Made by a program: the position numbers and the translations under genes
Shown here: positions 39,389 to 49,624 of the stretch, piece by piece
How the letters are laid out: each line of letters opens with the position of its first letter
Numbering within the stretch: position 1 is the stretch's first letter
Assembly (NCBI GenBank): GCA_965205975.1
Contig: OZ242195.1
Coordinates: 3,904,001 to 3,968,000, forward strand
Length of the DNA: 64,000 bases
Source of the DNA: Candidatus Latescibacterota bacterium
Lineage (GTDB): Bacteria; Latescibacterota; UBA2968
Direction: 5' to 3'
The notes under the pieces: generated by a model
What the model was told of the DNA's origin: nothing
Seen by the model: only the letters and a program-made list of their open reading frames with translations
Database searches by the model: none

Positions 39389-41196
39389 TATTTCAACCCC
39401 GCACAAATCACCTCAGCCAGCCTCAGCCCCACCCCATCGACCTCTGCCACCTCTTCGACCTCTGCTTCTCGAATCCGCTTCACCGAACCAAAATGCTTCA
39501 ACAATGCGACGCGACGCGACGGACCCACCCCGGGAATCTCATCCAACTCCGACGTCAGCGTCCGCTTATCGCGCAACTTGCGGTGATATGCAATCGCAAA
39601 ACGGTGCGACTCATCGCGCAACATCTGCAACAACTTCAGTGCCGACGACGTCTTGGGAATATTCTGCGGATCGGACAAACCCGGCACAAACACCTCCTCC
39701 AGCCGCTTCGCCAGCCCAATCACCGGCTGGTCTTCAATCCCCAACGCTCGCAGTGCCTCAACCACGCTCGAAAGCTGACCCTTACCCCCATCGACCAACA
39801 GCAAATCGGGAAACGACTTACCCTCCTCCATCAACCGCTTAAACCGCCGCGTCACCACCTGCTGCATCATCGCAAAATCATTGGGCCCCTCCAACCCCGT
39901 AATTTTAAAATGCCTGTACTCGCGCTTTCGCGCCCTACCATCCACAAAACACACCAGCGACGCCACCGGATCCGACCCCTGAATATTTGAAATATCCACC
40001 GCCTCAATCCACCGCGGCGGCTTCTCCAGATGCAAATCGCGCTGAAGCGCCTGCACTGCTGCCGGTGCTTGCGACCTGCGATTCTCGCGCTTCAAACGCC
40101 GCTCTGTCAACAACAGCCGCGCATTATTCTCCGCCATCTTCACCAACCGGAACTTATCCCCCCGTTGGGGCACGCGCATCTCAACCCCGCCCTCTGAACG
40201 CTCTGTAAGCCAATCGAGCACCGTCTCTCGATCCTCGATATCACCCGGCAGGCACACCTCTCGCGGCACAAACGTAGCCGTCGCGTAAAACAACTGCACA
40301 AATTTTGAAACCACCTCCTCTTCGGACGCATCCAGCACCCCGCCGAGAAAATAATTCTGCCGCCCGATCAACCGCCCATCGCGCACCTCCATCACCACCC
40401 CGCAAGCCTCGTCATCTTCCCGCGCAACCGCAATCGCATCCCAATCCGTCAAATCATTGGACACCACCTTTTGCCGGCTCGAAGCCTGCTCCAGCGCCTG
40501 AATGCGATCCCGATAAATCGCCGCCTCCTCGTACCTCAGCGCCTCTGCCGCCCGCTTCATCCGCTCTTTAAGGGTCACCATAACCTGCGTATGCCGCCCC
40601 GTCAAAAACAACACCGCTTCATCCACGATCTTTTGATACGCCCCTGCCACAATCAACCCCTCACACGGACCGTCGCACCGCTTGATCTCGTAATCCAGAC
40701 ACAGCCGCACATTGGCCTTTGGCAAATCGTAATCACAACTCCGAATCCGAAACAACCTGTGCATCGTCTCCACCATGCGCCGCATCGCCCGCACATCCGT
40801 ATAAGGACCCAAATAGCGCGACCCATCCTTCACCACATCGCGCGTCACCACAACGCGGGGAAACGCCTCCTTTGTAATGCGGATATACGGATACTTCTTG
40901 TCGTCCTTCAAACTGATATTGTAGCGCGGCTTGTGTGCCTTGATCAAATTCGCCTCTAAAATCAACGCCTCCAACTCCGTATCCGTAACAATATATTCCA
41001 AATCGCGCACATTGCGAACCAGTGCCCGAAACTGCCGCCGCCCATCATGGGCATTGGGACGAAAATATTGCTGCACCCGGCTGCGCAACACCTTTGCCTT
41101 CCCGATATAAATAATCTGCCCCTCATCGCCCTTCATCATGTACACACCAGGCTCTCTGGGCATCAATGCAACAATACCGTCGATATGTTCGTTCAT
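39388..41196 (-). CDS. uvrC: Excinuclease ABC subunit C
   Basis: PGVY..YIGKAK GIY-YIG domain, DISN, VDGGKGQ, RDESHRFA, HhH. Confidence 0.97.
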   Translation of the reverse strand: MNEHIDGIVALMPREPGVYMMKGDEGQIIYIGKAKVLRSRVQQYFRPNAHDGRRQFRALVRNVRDLEYIVTDTELEALILEANLIKAHKPRYNISLKDDKKYPYIRITKEAFPRVVVTRDVVKDGSRYLGPYTDVRAMRRMVETMHRLFRIRSCDYDLPKANVRLCLDYEIKRCDGPCEGLIVAGAYQKIVDEAVLFLTGRHTQVMVTLKERMKRAAEALRYEEAAIYRDRIQALEQASSRQKVVSNDLTDWDAIAVAREDDEACGVVMEVRDGRLIGRQNYFLGGVLDASEEEVVSKFVQLFYATATFVPREVCLPGDIEDRETVLDWLTERSEGGVEMRVPQRGDKFRLVKMAENNARLLLTERRLKRENRRSQAPAAVQALQRDLHLEKPPRWIEAVDISNIQGSDPVASLVCFVDGRARKREYRHFKITGLEGPNDFAMMQQVVTRRFKRLMEEGKSFPDLLLVDGGKGQLSSVVEALRALGIEDQPVIGLAKRLEEVFVPGLSDPQNIPKTSSALKLLQMLRDESHRFAIAYHRKLRDKRTLTSELDEIPGVGPSRRVALLKHFGSVKRIREAEVEEVAEVDGVGLRLAEVICAGLK

Positions 41197-41208
41197 ATTA
41201 CACCTCAC

Positions 41209-41703
41209 CTACAATTCCACAATCTCCACATCCATCGCATTCAAATTTAGAATCCCCACCGTCTCCCTGCCCGTTGTCCAGCCGCACGCCTCTCCCGGAT
41301 TAATCACCAGCGTATCTCCTCTGCGAACATCAATCTCGTGCGTATGCCCGTAAAAGATCACATCATAAGCACCGCTCTGTGATAGGGCATCCACCTCATC
41401 GGGTTCGTGCAACATCAAAATGCGCTTGCCCTCCCACTCGTGTACATAAGGCGGGCGGTGAATCGGTCCCAGATCTTCAAAAAGTGCCCGCAAACCGAAC
41501 TTCTCCCCATCATTATTCCCAAAAACCCCGACAAAAGGCACCGTCAAATCACTCATCCAGCGCGCATTAAACGGCGCGATATAATCGCCCCCGTGCAGCA
41601 CCAGCCCCACATCCCGCGCGTTAAAAAGTGCAACGGCCTTCTCAATCGCGTGTTTATTATCATGTGTATCCGTAATCAAACCGACAAGATGCGATTTTCC
41701 CAT
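41209..41703 (-). CDS. Metallophosphoesterase (YfcE/MJ0936 family)
   Basis: DTHD, HGGD, GNND, GHTH, INPGE. Confidence 0.92.
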   Translation of the reverse strand: MGKSHLVGLITDTHDNKHAIEKAVALFNARDVGLVLHGGDYIAPFNARWMSDLTVPFVGVFGNNDGEKFGLRALFEDLGPIHRPPYVHEWEGKRILMLHEPDEVDALSQSGAYDVIFYGHTHEIDVRRGDTLVINPGEACGWTTGRETVGILNLNAMDVEIVEL

Positions 41704-41892
41704 GGTTAGGCTCCTGTTTTTAGATCAATTCTTCTGAGATAACTCAATTTTCATAATTATAGGCATTAAATTTCCCAAAAAAAACAAAAAATCTTATCTT
41801 ATACAGATGTAGATGTAGTAAATGAAAAAAATAAATCAGGGGTGTGTATAATTCATTTGTTGTAGTACAGCGAAGTATAAAGTTTTTTTCAT

Positions 41893-42072
41893 GCCTTCGG
41901 CGACTTCATTTTTTTGCGCGCCAAAAAAATGAAGCAAAAAAAGGGCGCCCCTGCGGGGGGGCTTGCACAGCGCGAATCGTTCTTGTGACAATACGCCATA
42001 CAGTGGCCTTCAGATTGCAATGCCATAAAGATGTCCGCTGCGAATCGGACTTGCGCGCTGTGCCCAATGGCT
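41893..42072. repeat. Structured intergenic element (MITE-like) upstream of hisG
   Basis: cttcattttttt-gcgcgcc-aaaaaaatgaag hairpin, then a long stem gcacagcgcg...cgcgctgtgc. Confidence 0.55.
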
Positions 42073-42109
42073 CATCTGATTTATGTGTTAATACAGGAGC
42101 AGATCCCTT

Positions 42110-42988
42110 ATGCCCATACTAAAAATCGGCCTTCCCTCTGGAAGCCTGCAGGAATCCACGCTCACCCTATTTGCCAAAGCCGGTTATCGCATCCGCGCCA
42201 GCCACCGGTCCTACACGCCCGTCATCGACGACCCCGAACTCGAGGGCTTATTTCTGCGCGCCCAGGAAATCGCGCACTACGTCGAACGCGGCGTCCTCGA
42301 CATAGGCCTCACCGGCATTGACTGGATCCGCGAAAACGAAGCCGACATCATTGAAATCGCCGAATTTGCCTACAGCAAAACCTCATCGCAACCCGCGCGC
42401 TGGATCATCGCAGTCCCCGAAGACTCGGATATCCAGACCGTACAGGACCTGCAGGGCAAGCGCATCGCCACCGAACTCGTCACAGCCACGCGCAACCACC
42501 TCAAAAACCACGGCATAACCGCCGAAGTCGAATACTCCTGGGGATCCACCGAAGCCAAAGTCCGCGTACCCGGCCTCGTCGATGCCATAGCCGAACTCAC
42601 CGAAACCGGATCGTCTTTGCGCGCCAACAACCTGCGCGTCATAGACACCATGTTTGAAACCACGCCCAGACTCATAGCCAACAAAAATGCCTATAACAAT
42701 GCATGGAAACGCGAAAAAGCGCAACACATCGCCACCTTGCTCATCGGTGCATTCAACGCCGAAGACAAAGTCGGCCTCAAAATGAACGTACGCCGCGACG
42801 ACCTCGCGCAAATCGTCAAAAACTTACCCGCGCTCAACAACCCCACAATCGCCAACTTACTCGACGAAAACTGGGTCGCCATCGAAGTCATCGTCGATGA
42901 GCGCGTCGTGCGCGACCTCATCCCAAAACTCAAAAAAGCAGGCGCCGAAGGCATCATCGAATATCCCTTAAACAAAGTGATTTATTAA
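42110..42988 (+). CDS. hisG: ATP phosphoribosyltransferase, long form
   Basis: LPSGSL, RAQEI, GSTEA, TETGSSLRANNL; C-terminal regulatory domain. Confidence 0.96.
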   Translation: MPILKIGLPSGSLQESTLTLFAKAGYRIRASHRSYTPVIDDPELEGLFLRAQEIAHYVERGVLDIGLTGIDWIRENEADIIEIAEFAYSKTSSQPARWIIAVPEDSDIQTVQDLQGKRIATELVTATRNHLKNHGITAEVEYSWGSTEAKVRVPGLVDAIAELTETGSSLRANNLRVIDTMFETTPRLIANKNAYNNAWKREKAQHIATLLIGAFNAEDKVGLKMNVRRDDLAQIVKNLPALNNPTIANLLDENWVAIEVIVDERVVRDLIPKLKKAGAEGIIEYPLNKVIY

Positions 42989-43113
42989 CTTCTAAATAGA
43001 CGATTAGGGCGAGGCATGCCTCCGCCCCTACATTCATCTCATCTGCGTCCATCTGCGTCCATCTGCGAAAAACGCTCAAATTATTCGCGTTTTTTTCTGC
43101 GGAACTTTTATCC

Positions 43114-44406
43114 ATGATCGAACTCATCACATACAACCGCGACAAAACACCCCCAAAACTCGACGCCATCCTCTCGCGCAGCCCTGATTTCTCCGCCGAA
43201 CAGGAAGCCACCGTGCGGGAAATCGTCACCACCGTAAAAAAACAGGGGGATCGCGCCCTGCTCGCGTACACCAAAAAATACGACGGCATCGACATAATCG
43301 ACATCCGCGTGCCCGAAACCGAAATCAAAGCCGCCCATCGCAACGCCGACCCCAAATTCATCGAAATCATAGACGCAGCCGCGACAAACATCCGCAAATT
43401 TCACGAAACCCAGCGACAAACATCCTACTTCATCGAAGACGGCGACGGCGTCATCCTCGGCAAACGCATCCTCCCCATCGAACGCGTTGCCCTGCTCATC
43501 CCCGGTGCAAGTGCCCCCTTATTCTCCACCCTGCTCATGGCCGCCATCCCCGCGCAAATCGCGGGCGTCCCGCACCTCTGCGTCGCCACGCCCCCTCAGG
43601 CAAACGGCACCATACACCCCGCCGTCCTCGCCACAGCCCATCACCTGGGCATACGCGAAATCTACAAAGTATTTGGCGCGCAAGCCATCGCCGCACTCGC
43701 CTATGGCACCGACACCATACCCCGCGTTGACAAACTCGTCGGACCCGGCAACCCTTATGTACAAATCGCAAAAAAACTCGTTTTCGGAACCGTTGACATC
43801 GACATGATCGCCGGACCCAGCGAAATCGTCGTCATCGCCGACCACACCGCAAACGCCAAACACATCGCCGCCGACCTCCTCTCACAGGCCGAACACGGCA
43901 GCGGCTTTGAAGCCGCGGTCTGCATCACGCCCTCTGCCGACCTCGCAACGCAAATCGCCGACGAAATCGCCCATCAAGCCGCCGACCTGACGCACCGCGA
44001 AGCCATACAAAAAGCACTCGACCGATTCGGCGCAATCGTCGTCGTCCGCGACCTCGCCGAAGGCATTGACCTCGCCAACCGCATTGCACCCGAACACCTC
44101 GAACTCATCGTCGCCGACCCCTGGGCGCATCTACAATCGGTTCGCCATGCCGGCGCTGTATTCCTCGGCGCGGCATCATCCGAACCCGTGGGCGACTACT
44201 ACGCGGGCACCAACCACATCCTGCCCACAGCTGGCGCTGCCCGATTCGCGTCATCCGTTGGCGTTGACACCTTCACCAAAACCATCAGCATCTTGCAATA
44301 CACCGAACAACGCCTGCAAAAAACCGCGGGCCACATCATCAGCATGGCCGAAACCGAGGGCCTCGACGCACATGCCAATGCCATCAGGATCAGGATGGGA
44401 AAATGA
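43114..44406 (+). CDS. hisD: Histidinol dehydrogenase
   Basis: GPGNPYV, IDMIAGPSE, DLLSQAEH, APEHLE, GDYYAGTNHILPT. Confidence 0.97.
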   Translation: MIELITYNRDKTPPKLDAILSRSPDFSAEQEATVREIVTTVKKQGDRALLAYTKKYDGIDIIDIRVPETEIKAAHRNADPKFIEIIDAAATNIRKFHETQRQTSYFIEDGDGVILGKRILPIERVALLIPGASAPLFSTLLMAAIPAQIAGVPHLCVATPPQANGTIHPAVLATAHHLGIREIYKVFGAQAIAALAYGTDTIPRVDKLVGPGNPYVQIAKKLVFGTVDIDMIAGPSEIVVIADHTANAKHIAADLLSQAEHGSGFEAAVCITPSADLATQIADEIAHQAADLTHREAIQKALDRFGAIVVVRDLAEGIDLANRIAPEHLELIVADPWAHLQSVRHAGAVFLGAASSEPVGDYYAGTNHILPTAGAARFASSVGVDTFTKTISILQYTEQRLQKTAGHIISMAETEGLDAHANAIRIRMGK

Positions 44407-45467
44407 CCTATCTCCAAAACATAAAACCCGAAGTCCGCGCCCTGCACGGATATCATCTCACAGCCTATGACTGTCCCATCAAGCTCAACCAGAACGAAAG
44501 CCCTTATGACGTACCCGACAGCTTGAAAGACGACATCTTGCGCGCCGTCCGCGACAAATCCTGGTCGCGCTATCCCGAACCCATGCAAATGGACCTCGTC
44601 GAAGCACTCGCCGACCACGTAGGCGTCCAACCCGAAGGACTCATCGTCTGCAACGGATCGAACACCCTCGTGCAACTCGTCCTCGGCGTCGTATCTGCCC
44701 CCGGTGTCCAGGTCGTCATCCCCTCACCCTCGTTCTCTCTTTACGGTCTCTACACCGACATATTCAGCGGACGCATCCTCGACGTTCCCCTCACAGAAAA
44801 CTACGGCTTCGACATCCCGGCTTTATGCCGCGCTACCAGCGAAAAAAACGTGCGCCTCATCATCCTCTGCTCCCCCAACAACCCCACGGGATGTGCCATC
44901 TCAAACGCGGACCTCGACAAACTCCTATCCAGCACCAGCGCCCTCGTCATGGTCGATGAAGCCTACGGCGAATTCTACAACCAAACCGCCATCGACCTCT
45001 TGCCCAAACACCCCAACCTCATCGTACTCAAAACCCTCTCCAAAGCATTTGGCGCCGCTGGCATCCGCATCGGATATCTCATCGCCCATCCCGACTTGCG
45101 CGACGAAATCATCAAAGGCAAAATCCCCTTTGACATCAACATCTTCTCGCACACAGCAGCCATGGCCATCCTCAACCACAAAGACCTCATACAAAAACGC
45201 ATCGCATTTATATGCTCAGAACGCGAGCGCGTCTTCCAATCTCTCACCCAAATAGATGGCGTCACACCCTACCCATCACACGCCAACCTCATCCTCTTTG
45301 AAGTCGCCGATCCAGACCTCGTCTTCACCGGACTAATCGAACAAGGCGTACTCATCCGCAACGTCACATCCTATCCCATGCTCGACAGGGCGCTGCGCGT
45401 ATCCATCGGCACAGAACGAGAAAACGACCGTTTTTTAGACGCTCTAAAAAGAACATTGGAACAGTGA
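44403..45467 (+). CDS. hisC: Histidinol-phosphate aminotransferase
   Basis: KLNQNESP, SPNNPTG, VDEAYGEF, KTLSKAFG..GIRIG. Confidence 0.95.
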   Translation: MTYLQNIKPEVRALHGYHLTAYDCPIKLNQNESPYDVPDSLKDDILRAVRDKSWSRYPEPMQMDLVEALADHVGVQPEGLIVCNGSNTLVQLVLGVVSAPGVQVVIPSPSFSLYGLYTDIFSGRILDVPLTENYGFDIPALCRATSEKNVRLIILCSPNNPTGCAISNADLDKLLSSTSALVMVDEAYGEFYNQTAIDLLPKHPNLIVLKTLSKAFGAAGIRIGYLIAHPDLRDEIIKGKIPFDINIFSHTAAMAILNHKDLIQKRIAFICSERERVFQSLTQIDGVTPYPSHANLILFEVADPDLVFTGLIEQGVLIRNVTSYPMLDRALRVSIGTERENDRFLDALKRTLEQ

Positions 45468-45476
45468 GACAAACCC

Positions 45477-46883
45477 ATGCCAAAACCAACAGACATAAAA
45501 ATCAAAACCGTCGCCACCTACTTCCTCCCCGTACAAACGCGCATACCCTATCGCTTTGGCACCGAACAACTCGACAGCGTCACCTGCGTCAGAGTTCGCA
45601 TCGACATTGAAGACAAGCGCGGCAACACCGCTTCAGGTTGGGGAGAAACACCCTTAAGCGCGCCCTGGGCATGGCCATCGCCACACCTTACTTATGCCAT
45701 CCGAGAAACGGCCATGAAAAACTTCTGCCTCAAAATCGGACGCGCATGGGCAGATATCGACACAACCGGTCACCCCATCGAAATCGGCCACACATTCCAG
45801 GAAAACATCCTCCCCAATCTCCTATCGGCCTTCAACATCGAACAACAAAATACCACAGGGGACATGCCCCGCCTATCCGCGCTCGTCTGTGCCTCGGCTT
45901 ATGACCTCGCCCTGCACGACGCTTATGGCATGTGCCACAACATCGACATCTACGACACGTACAACGCAGACTTCATGAACGCCGACCTCTCGCACTACCT
46001 CGACCCCGCCGACGACATCGACGACAACTTCGCCGGTCGCTATCCCGAAAACTATCTCATCCGCCCGCGACCAAACCACCTGCCCGCATGGCACGCCGTA
46101 GGCGGCAACGACCTCCTCGACGACGCCGAACGCACGGGCGATGAACCCGACGACGGCTATCCCGTAGTCCTCCCCGACTGGATACGGCGCGACGGCATCA
46201 CCTGCCTCAAAATCAAACTCACCGGACAAGAACCCGGGTGGGATTACGACCGCATCGTCCGCATCGGACAAATCGGCATCGAACACAACGCCATGTGGTT
46301 GTGTACAGACTTCAACTGCACCGTCCAACAAGTCGATTACGTCAACGACATCCTGGACCGCCTCCTCACCGACCACCCGCGCATCTATCAAATGATCCTC
46401 TACGTCGAACAGCCCTTTGCCTATGAACTATCCGACAACCCCCTCCACGTACACAGTATCTCTGCGCGCAAACCCCTCTTCATGGACGAAAGCGCGCACG
46501 ACTGGCGCGTGATATGCCTGGGGCGGCAACTCGGCTGGACCGGCGTAGCCCTCAAAACCTGCAAAACCCAGACCGGCGCCCTGCTCTCCCTTTGCTGGGC
46601 GCGCGCACACGGCATGACACTCATGGTACAGGACCTCACAAATCCCATGCTCGCGCAAATCCCCCACACCCTGCTCACCGCGTATGCCGGAACCGTCATG
46701 GGCTTTGAAACCAACGCCATGCAATTCTACCCCGACGCCTCAATCCCCGAAGCCGCCGTACACCCCGGCGTCTATCGCCGGCAAAACGGCCACATCGACA
46801 TCTCCACAGTCGAAGGTCCCGGCTTTGGATACAAACACGACCAGATCGACCGCACACTACCGGAACCTGCTGATGAGAATTAA
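45477..46883 (+). CDS. Enolase-superfamily (mandelate racemase/MLE-like) enzyme
   Basis: KIK, DFN, EQP, DES metal and catalytic motifs; GPGFG end. Confidence 0.8.
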   Translation: MPKPTDIKIKTVATYFLPVQTRIPYRFGTEQLDSVTCVRVRIDIEDKRGNTASGWGETPLSAPWAWPSPHLTYAIRETAMKNFCLKIGRAWADIDTTGHPIEIGHTFQENILPNLLSAFNIEQQNTTGDMPRLSALVCASAYDLALHDAYGMCHNIDIYDTYNADFMNADLSHYLDPADDIDDNFAGRYPENYLIRPRPNHLPAWHAVGGNDLLDDAERTGDEPDDGYPVVLPDWIRRDGITCLKIKLTGQEPGWDYDRIVRIGQIGIEHNAMWLCTDFNCTVQQVDYVNDILDRLLTDHPRIYQMILYVEQPFAYELSDNPLHVHSISARKPLFMDESAHDWRVICLGRQLGWTGVALKTCKTQTGALLSLCWARAHGMTLMVQDLTNPMLAQIPHTLLTAYAGTVMGFETNAMQFYPDASIPEAAVHPGVYRRQNGHIDISTVEGPGFGYKHDQIDRTLPEPADEN

Positions 46884-46890
46884 AAGGCAA

Positions 46891-46958
46891 AACCTTCTGG
46901 ATTGCGGCTTACACCCTGCCGCGATGACACACGGGACGGCACGGGGGCCGTCCCCTAC
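46891..46958 (-). repeat. Adjacent CGTC-type and GTAG-type palindromes
   Basis: aaccttctggattgcggc...gccgcgatgac; gggacggcacgggggccgtcccctac. Confidence 0.85.
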
Positions 46959-46977
46959 ACAAAAAGGCACATATCCA

Positions 46978-47568
46978 ATGTCCTCACGCACCGCACACAT
47001 CCAGCGCAAAACCTCTGAAACCGACATCGACCTCACCCTCGCCCTCACGGGCACGGGAGAATCGCACATCGACACGGGCATCGGCTTCTTTGACCACATG
47101 CTCACAGCCCTTGCCCGCCACGGCTTATTCGACCTCACCGTCACCTGTAAAGGCGACCTCGAAGTCGATGCCCACCACACCGTCGAAGACGTCGGCATCT
47201 GCCTCGGTCAAGCACTATCCAACGCACTGGGCGACAAAGCCGGCATCGCGCGATTCGGCGCTGCGTACGTACCCATGGACGAAGCCCTCGCCCGCGCCGT
47301 CGTCGATCTCTCTGGCCGCGCGCACCTCATCTATAACGCCGCATTCGCCGAAGAACGCATCGGCGCATTTCCCACGGCACTGGGCCTCGAATTTTTCACC
47401 GCACTCGCGCACAACAGCCGCATGAACCTGCACATCGACCTCATCCGCGGCAACAACGCGCACCACGGCATGGAAGCCATCTTCAAAGCCGTCGCCCGAT
47501 CCCTGCGACAAGCCGTCACCCTCGACAACAGGATCAGCGGCATACCCTCAACCAAAGGAAGCCTGTGA
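46978..47568 (+). CDS. hisB: Imidazoleglycerol-phosphate dehydratase
   Basis: RKTSETDI, FFDHML, DAHHTVED, PMDEAL, NAHHGMEAIFKA. Confidence 0.97.
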   Translation: MSSRTAHIQRKTSETDIDLTLALTGTGESHIDTGIGFFDHMLTALARHGLFDLTVTCKGDLEVDAHHTVEDVGICLGQALSNALGDKAGIARFGAAYVPMDEALARAVVDLSGRAHLIYNAAFAEERIGAFPTALGLEFFTALAHNSRMNLHIDLIRGNNAHHGMEAIFKAVARSLRQAVTLDNRISGIPSTKGSL

Positions 47569-48131
47569 ACGCAAAACCCGCAGCATTCATCGACCGCGAC
47601 GGCACAATCAACATCGAGGTCCACTACCTCAACCGCGTGGAACAACTCCAACTCATCCCACGCGCGGGAGAAGCCATTGCGCGCCTCAACCAGGCCGGTT
47701 ATCCCGTCATCGTCATCACCAACCAATCCGCCATAGGTCGCGGCCTGCTCACAGAAACCGGACTCTCTGAGATCCACCGCGAACTCAAACGTCAATTATC
47801 AGCCTACAACGCCTCCATCGACGCCATCTACCATTGCCCCCATCACGAAAGAGACAACTGCACCTGCCGCAAACCCGCGCCGGGCATGATCTTGCGCGCC
47901 GCCAATGAACACAACATCGACCTCGCGGGTTCTATCATGATAGGCGACAACGCAACCGACCTCGAAGCCGGATGGAACGCCGGCTGTCGCGCAGCCCTCG
48001 TGCGAACCGGCTCTGGCGAAGATGCCCTGAAAAAAATCGACCGACAAACGCGCGACCGCATAAGCTATATTGGCAACGACTTATTCGACGTCGTAGAAGA
48101 ATTCTTAAACATTAGTCGCACATTGCAATGA
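47565..48131 (+). CDS. HAD-IIIA phosphatase (GmhB/histidinol-phosphatase family)
   Basis: FIDRDGTIN, TNQS, CPH..CTCRKP, IGD...D. Confidence 0.9.
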   Translation: MNAKPAAFIDRDGTINIEVHYLNRVEQLQLIPRAGEAIARLNQAGYPVIVITNQSAIGRGLLTETGLSEIHRELKRQLSAYNASIDAIYHCPHHERDNCTCRKPAPGMILRAANEHNIDLAGSIMIGDNATDLEAGWNAGCRAALVRTGSGEDALKKIDRQTRDRISYIGNDLFDVVEEFLNISRTLQ

Positions 48132-48207
48132 CCGACGACCTTTACATTCCAACGCGAAATAGGTAAATTACATATAAGAAAAAATATCATAAAAAGGAGA
48201 ATATATC

Positions 48208-48447
48208 ATGAGCGCAATTAAAGAATCTCTCTACCAAACGATAGACCAATTAAATGAAGGCGAACTCCTTCAGGTGTTAGAGTTTGTCCATAAAATCAAC
48301 AAAGTAAGCGAGATCTCTCAAATCAAAACATCATTGGCTAATGATCCAGCTATAAAATTTCCTGCAGATAATAGTTTTAGAAAGGTTAAACCCGTGTGCG
48401 GCAAGGGTACCTCTGCATCTGAACTTTTATTGAAAGATCGTAAATGA
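48208..48447 (+). CDS. Small hypothetical protein, antitoxin-like
   Basis: AAGGAG RBS; AT-rich; C-terminal KPV.GKG.SASELLLKDR resembles PIN-associated antitoxins. Confidence 0.55.
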   Translation: MSAIKESLYQTIDQLNEGELLQVLEFVHKINKVSEISQIKTSLANDPAIKFPADNSFRKVKPVCGKGTSASELLLKDRK

Positions 48448-48457
48448 TTATTTTTTA

Positions 48458-49564
48458 ATGAAAATTCTACACACCTTATACGACGACATCGACAACCCCT
48501 GGTGTGGTGGGGGTGGTGCTCTGCGCACATGGGAAATAGCCCGTCGCCTGTCGCACAAACACCAGATCACCATTATAACAGGCGCGTATCCCAACGCACC
48601 CAGAGAAGAAACCCGAGAAGGCGTACACATCCGCCGCGTGGGATCAGACCGCTCGTATCTCCGGAGCCGAATGAGCTTTGCCCACCACGCCTCCCGCGAA
48701 ATCGCCCGCGCAAACCCCGACCTGTGGGTGCATCAATTCTCGGCCTTTGCCCCCCTCTTCGTCTCCGCAAAAAAAAGACGCGACAGCCTCCTCGAATTCT
48801 TCCACTTCATGGACGACCACGCCATTGCAAAATATCCCCTGCTCGGCCACATTGCCCGCAAAGCCGAACAGCGCGCCCTGCGCCTTCACCCGCACATCCT
48901 GACCATCTCGCCCACCGTCACGCGCCAGCTTGAAAAACGCGCGACAAACGCGCAATTTCACCTCGTCTATACCGGCGTCGATCAAATCTGTTTTGAAGCA
49001 CCCTGGGCAGAAGAGAATTACATCCTCTATTTTGGACGCATGGACATCCACAACAAAGGCATCGACGTCCTCCTATCCGCCTTTGCCAAACTCAACGCAC
49101 CCGACATCCGCCTCATTCTCTCAGGTCGCGGAACCCCGCAAAGCAAACGCGAAATACGATCCATCGCCAATGATCTCAACATCGCAAACCGCGTCGAATT
49201 CACCGGCGCCGTCACACCCGAACAAAAAAATAGCCTCATAGGCCATGCCCTCTTCGTCTGCACCCCCTCGCGCTACGAAGGCTGGGGCATCGTCGCCATC
49301 GAAGCCGCTGCCGCAGCCAAATCCGTCATAGGCACAAATATCCCCGGATTGGCAGATGCCATCCGCGCCGATGAAACCGGTCTCCTCGTCCCCCCCGAAA
49401 ATCCCCAGGCACTCGCCAGCGCCATGAACCGCCTGCGCAGCGACGCCCTCCTGCGCAAACGCCTGGGAACAGCAGGGAGAAAATGGGCCGCCCAATTCAC
49501 CTGGGACCGCACGGCACAGGCGCAAGAAGAAGTCTATTTGAAAGTTGCCAAACAACAGGTTTAA
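48458..49564 (+). CDS. GT4 glycosyltransferase
   Basis: YFGR...KG; PSRYEGWGIVAIEA. Confidence 0.92.
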   Translation: MKILHTLYDDIDNPWCGGGGALRTWEIARRLSHKHQITIITGAYPNAPREETREGVHIRRVGSDRSYLRSRMSFAHHASREIARANPDLWVHQFSAFAPLFVSAKKRRDSLLEFFHFMDDHAIAKYPLLGHIARKAEQRALRLHPHILTISPTVTRQLEKRATNAQFHLVYTGVDQICFEAPWAEENYILYFGRMDIHNKGIDVLLSAFAKLNAPDIRLILSGRGTPQSKREIRSIANDLNIANRVEFTGAVTPEQKNSLIGHALFVCTPSRYEGWGIVAIEAAAAAKSVIGTNIPGLADAIRADETGLLVPPENPQALASAMNRLRSDALLRKRLGTAGRKWAAQFTWDRTAQAQEEVYLKVAKQQV

Positions 49565-49624
49565 ATACATCTTTAAGACATTGATGGATTTATGGACGAA
49601 ACCCAAAATACAGGAGGTGCGATC

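Noticed and set aside
41704..42109. Histidine attenuator or T-box
   Set aside because: No His-codon run or T-box motif seen
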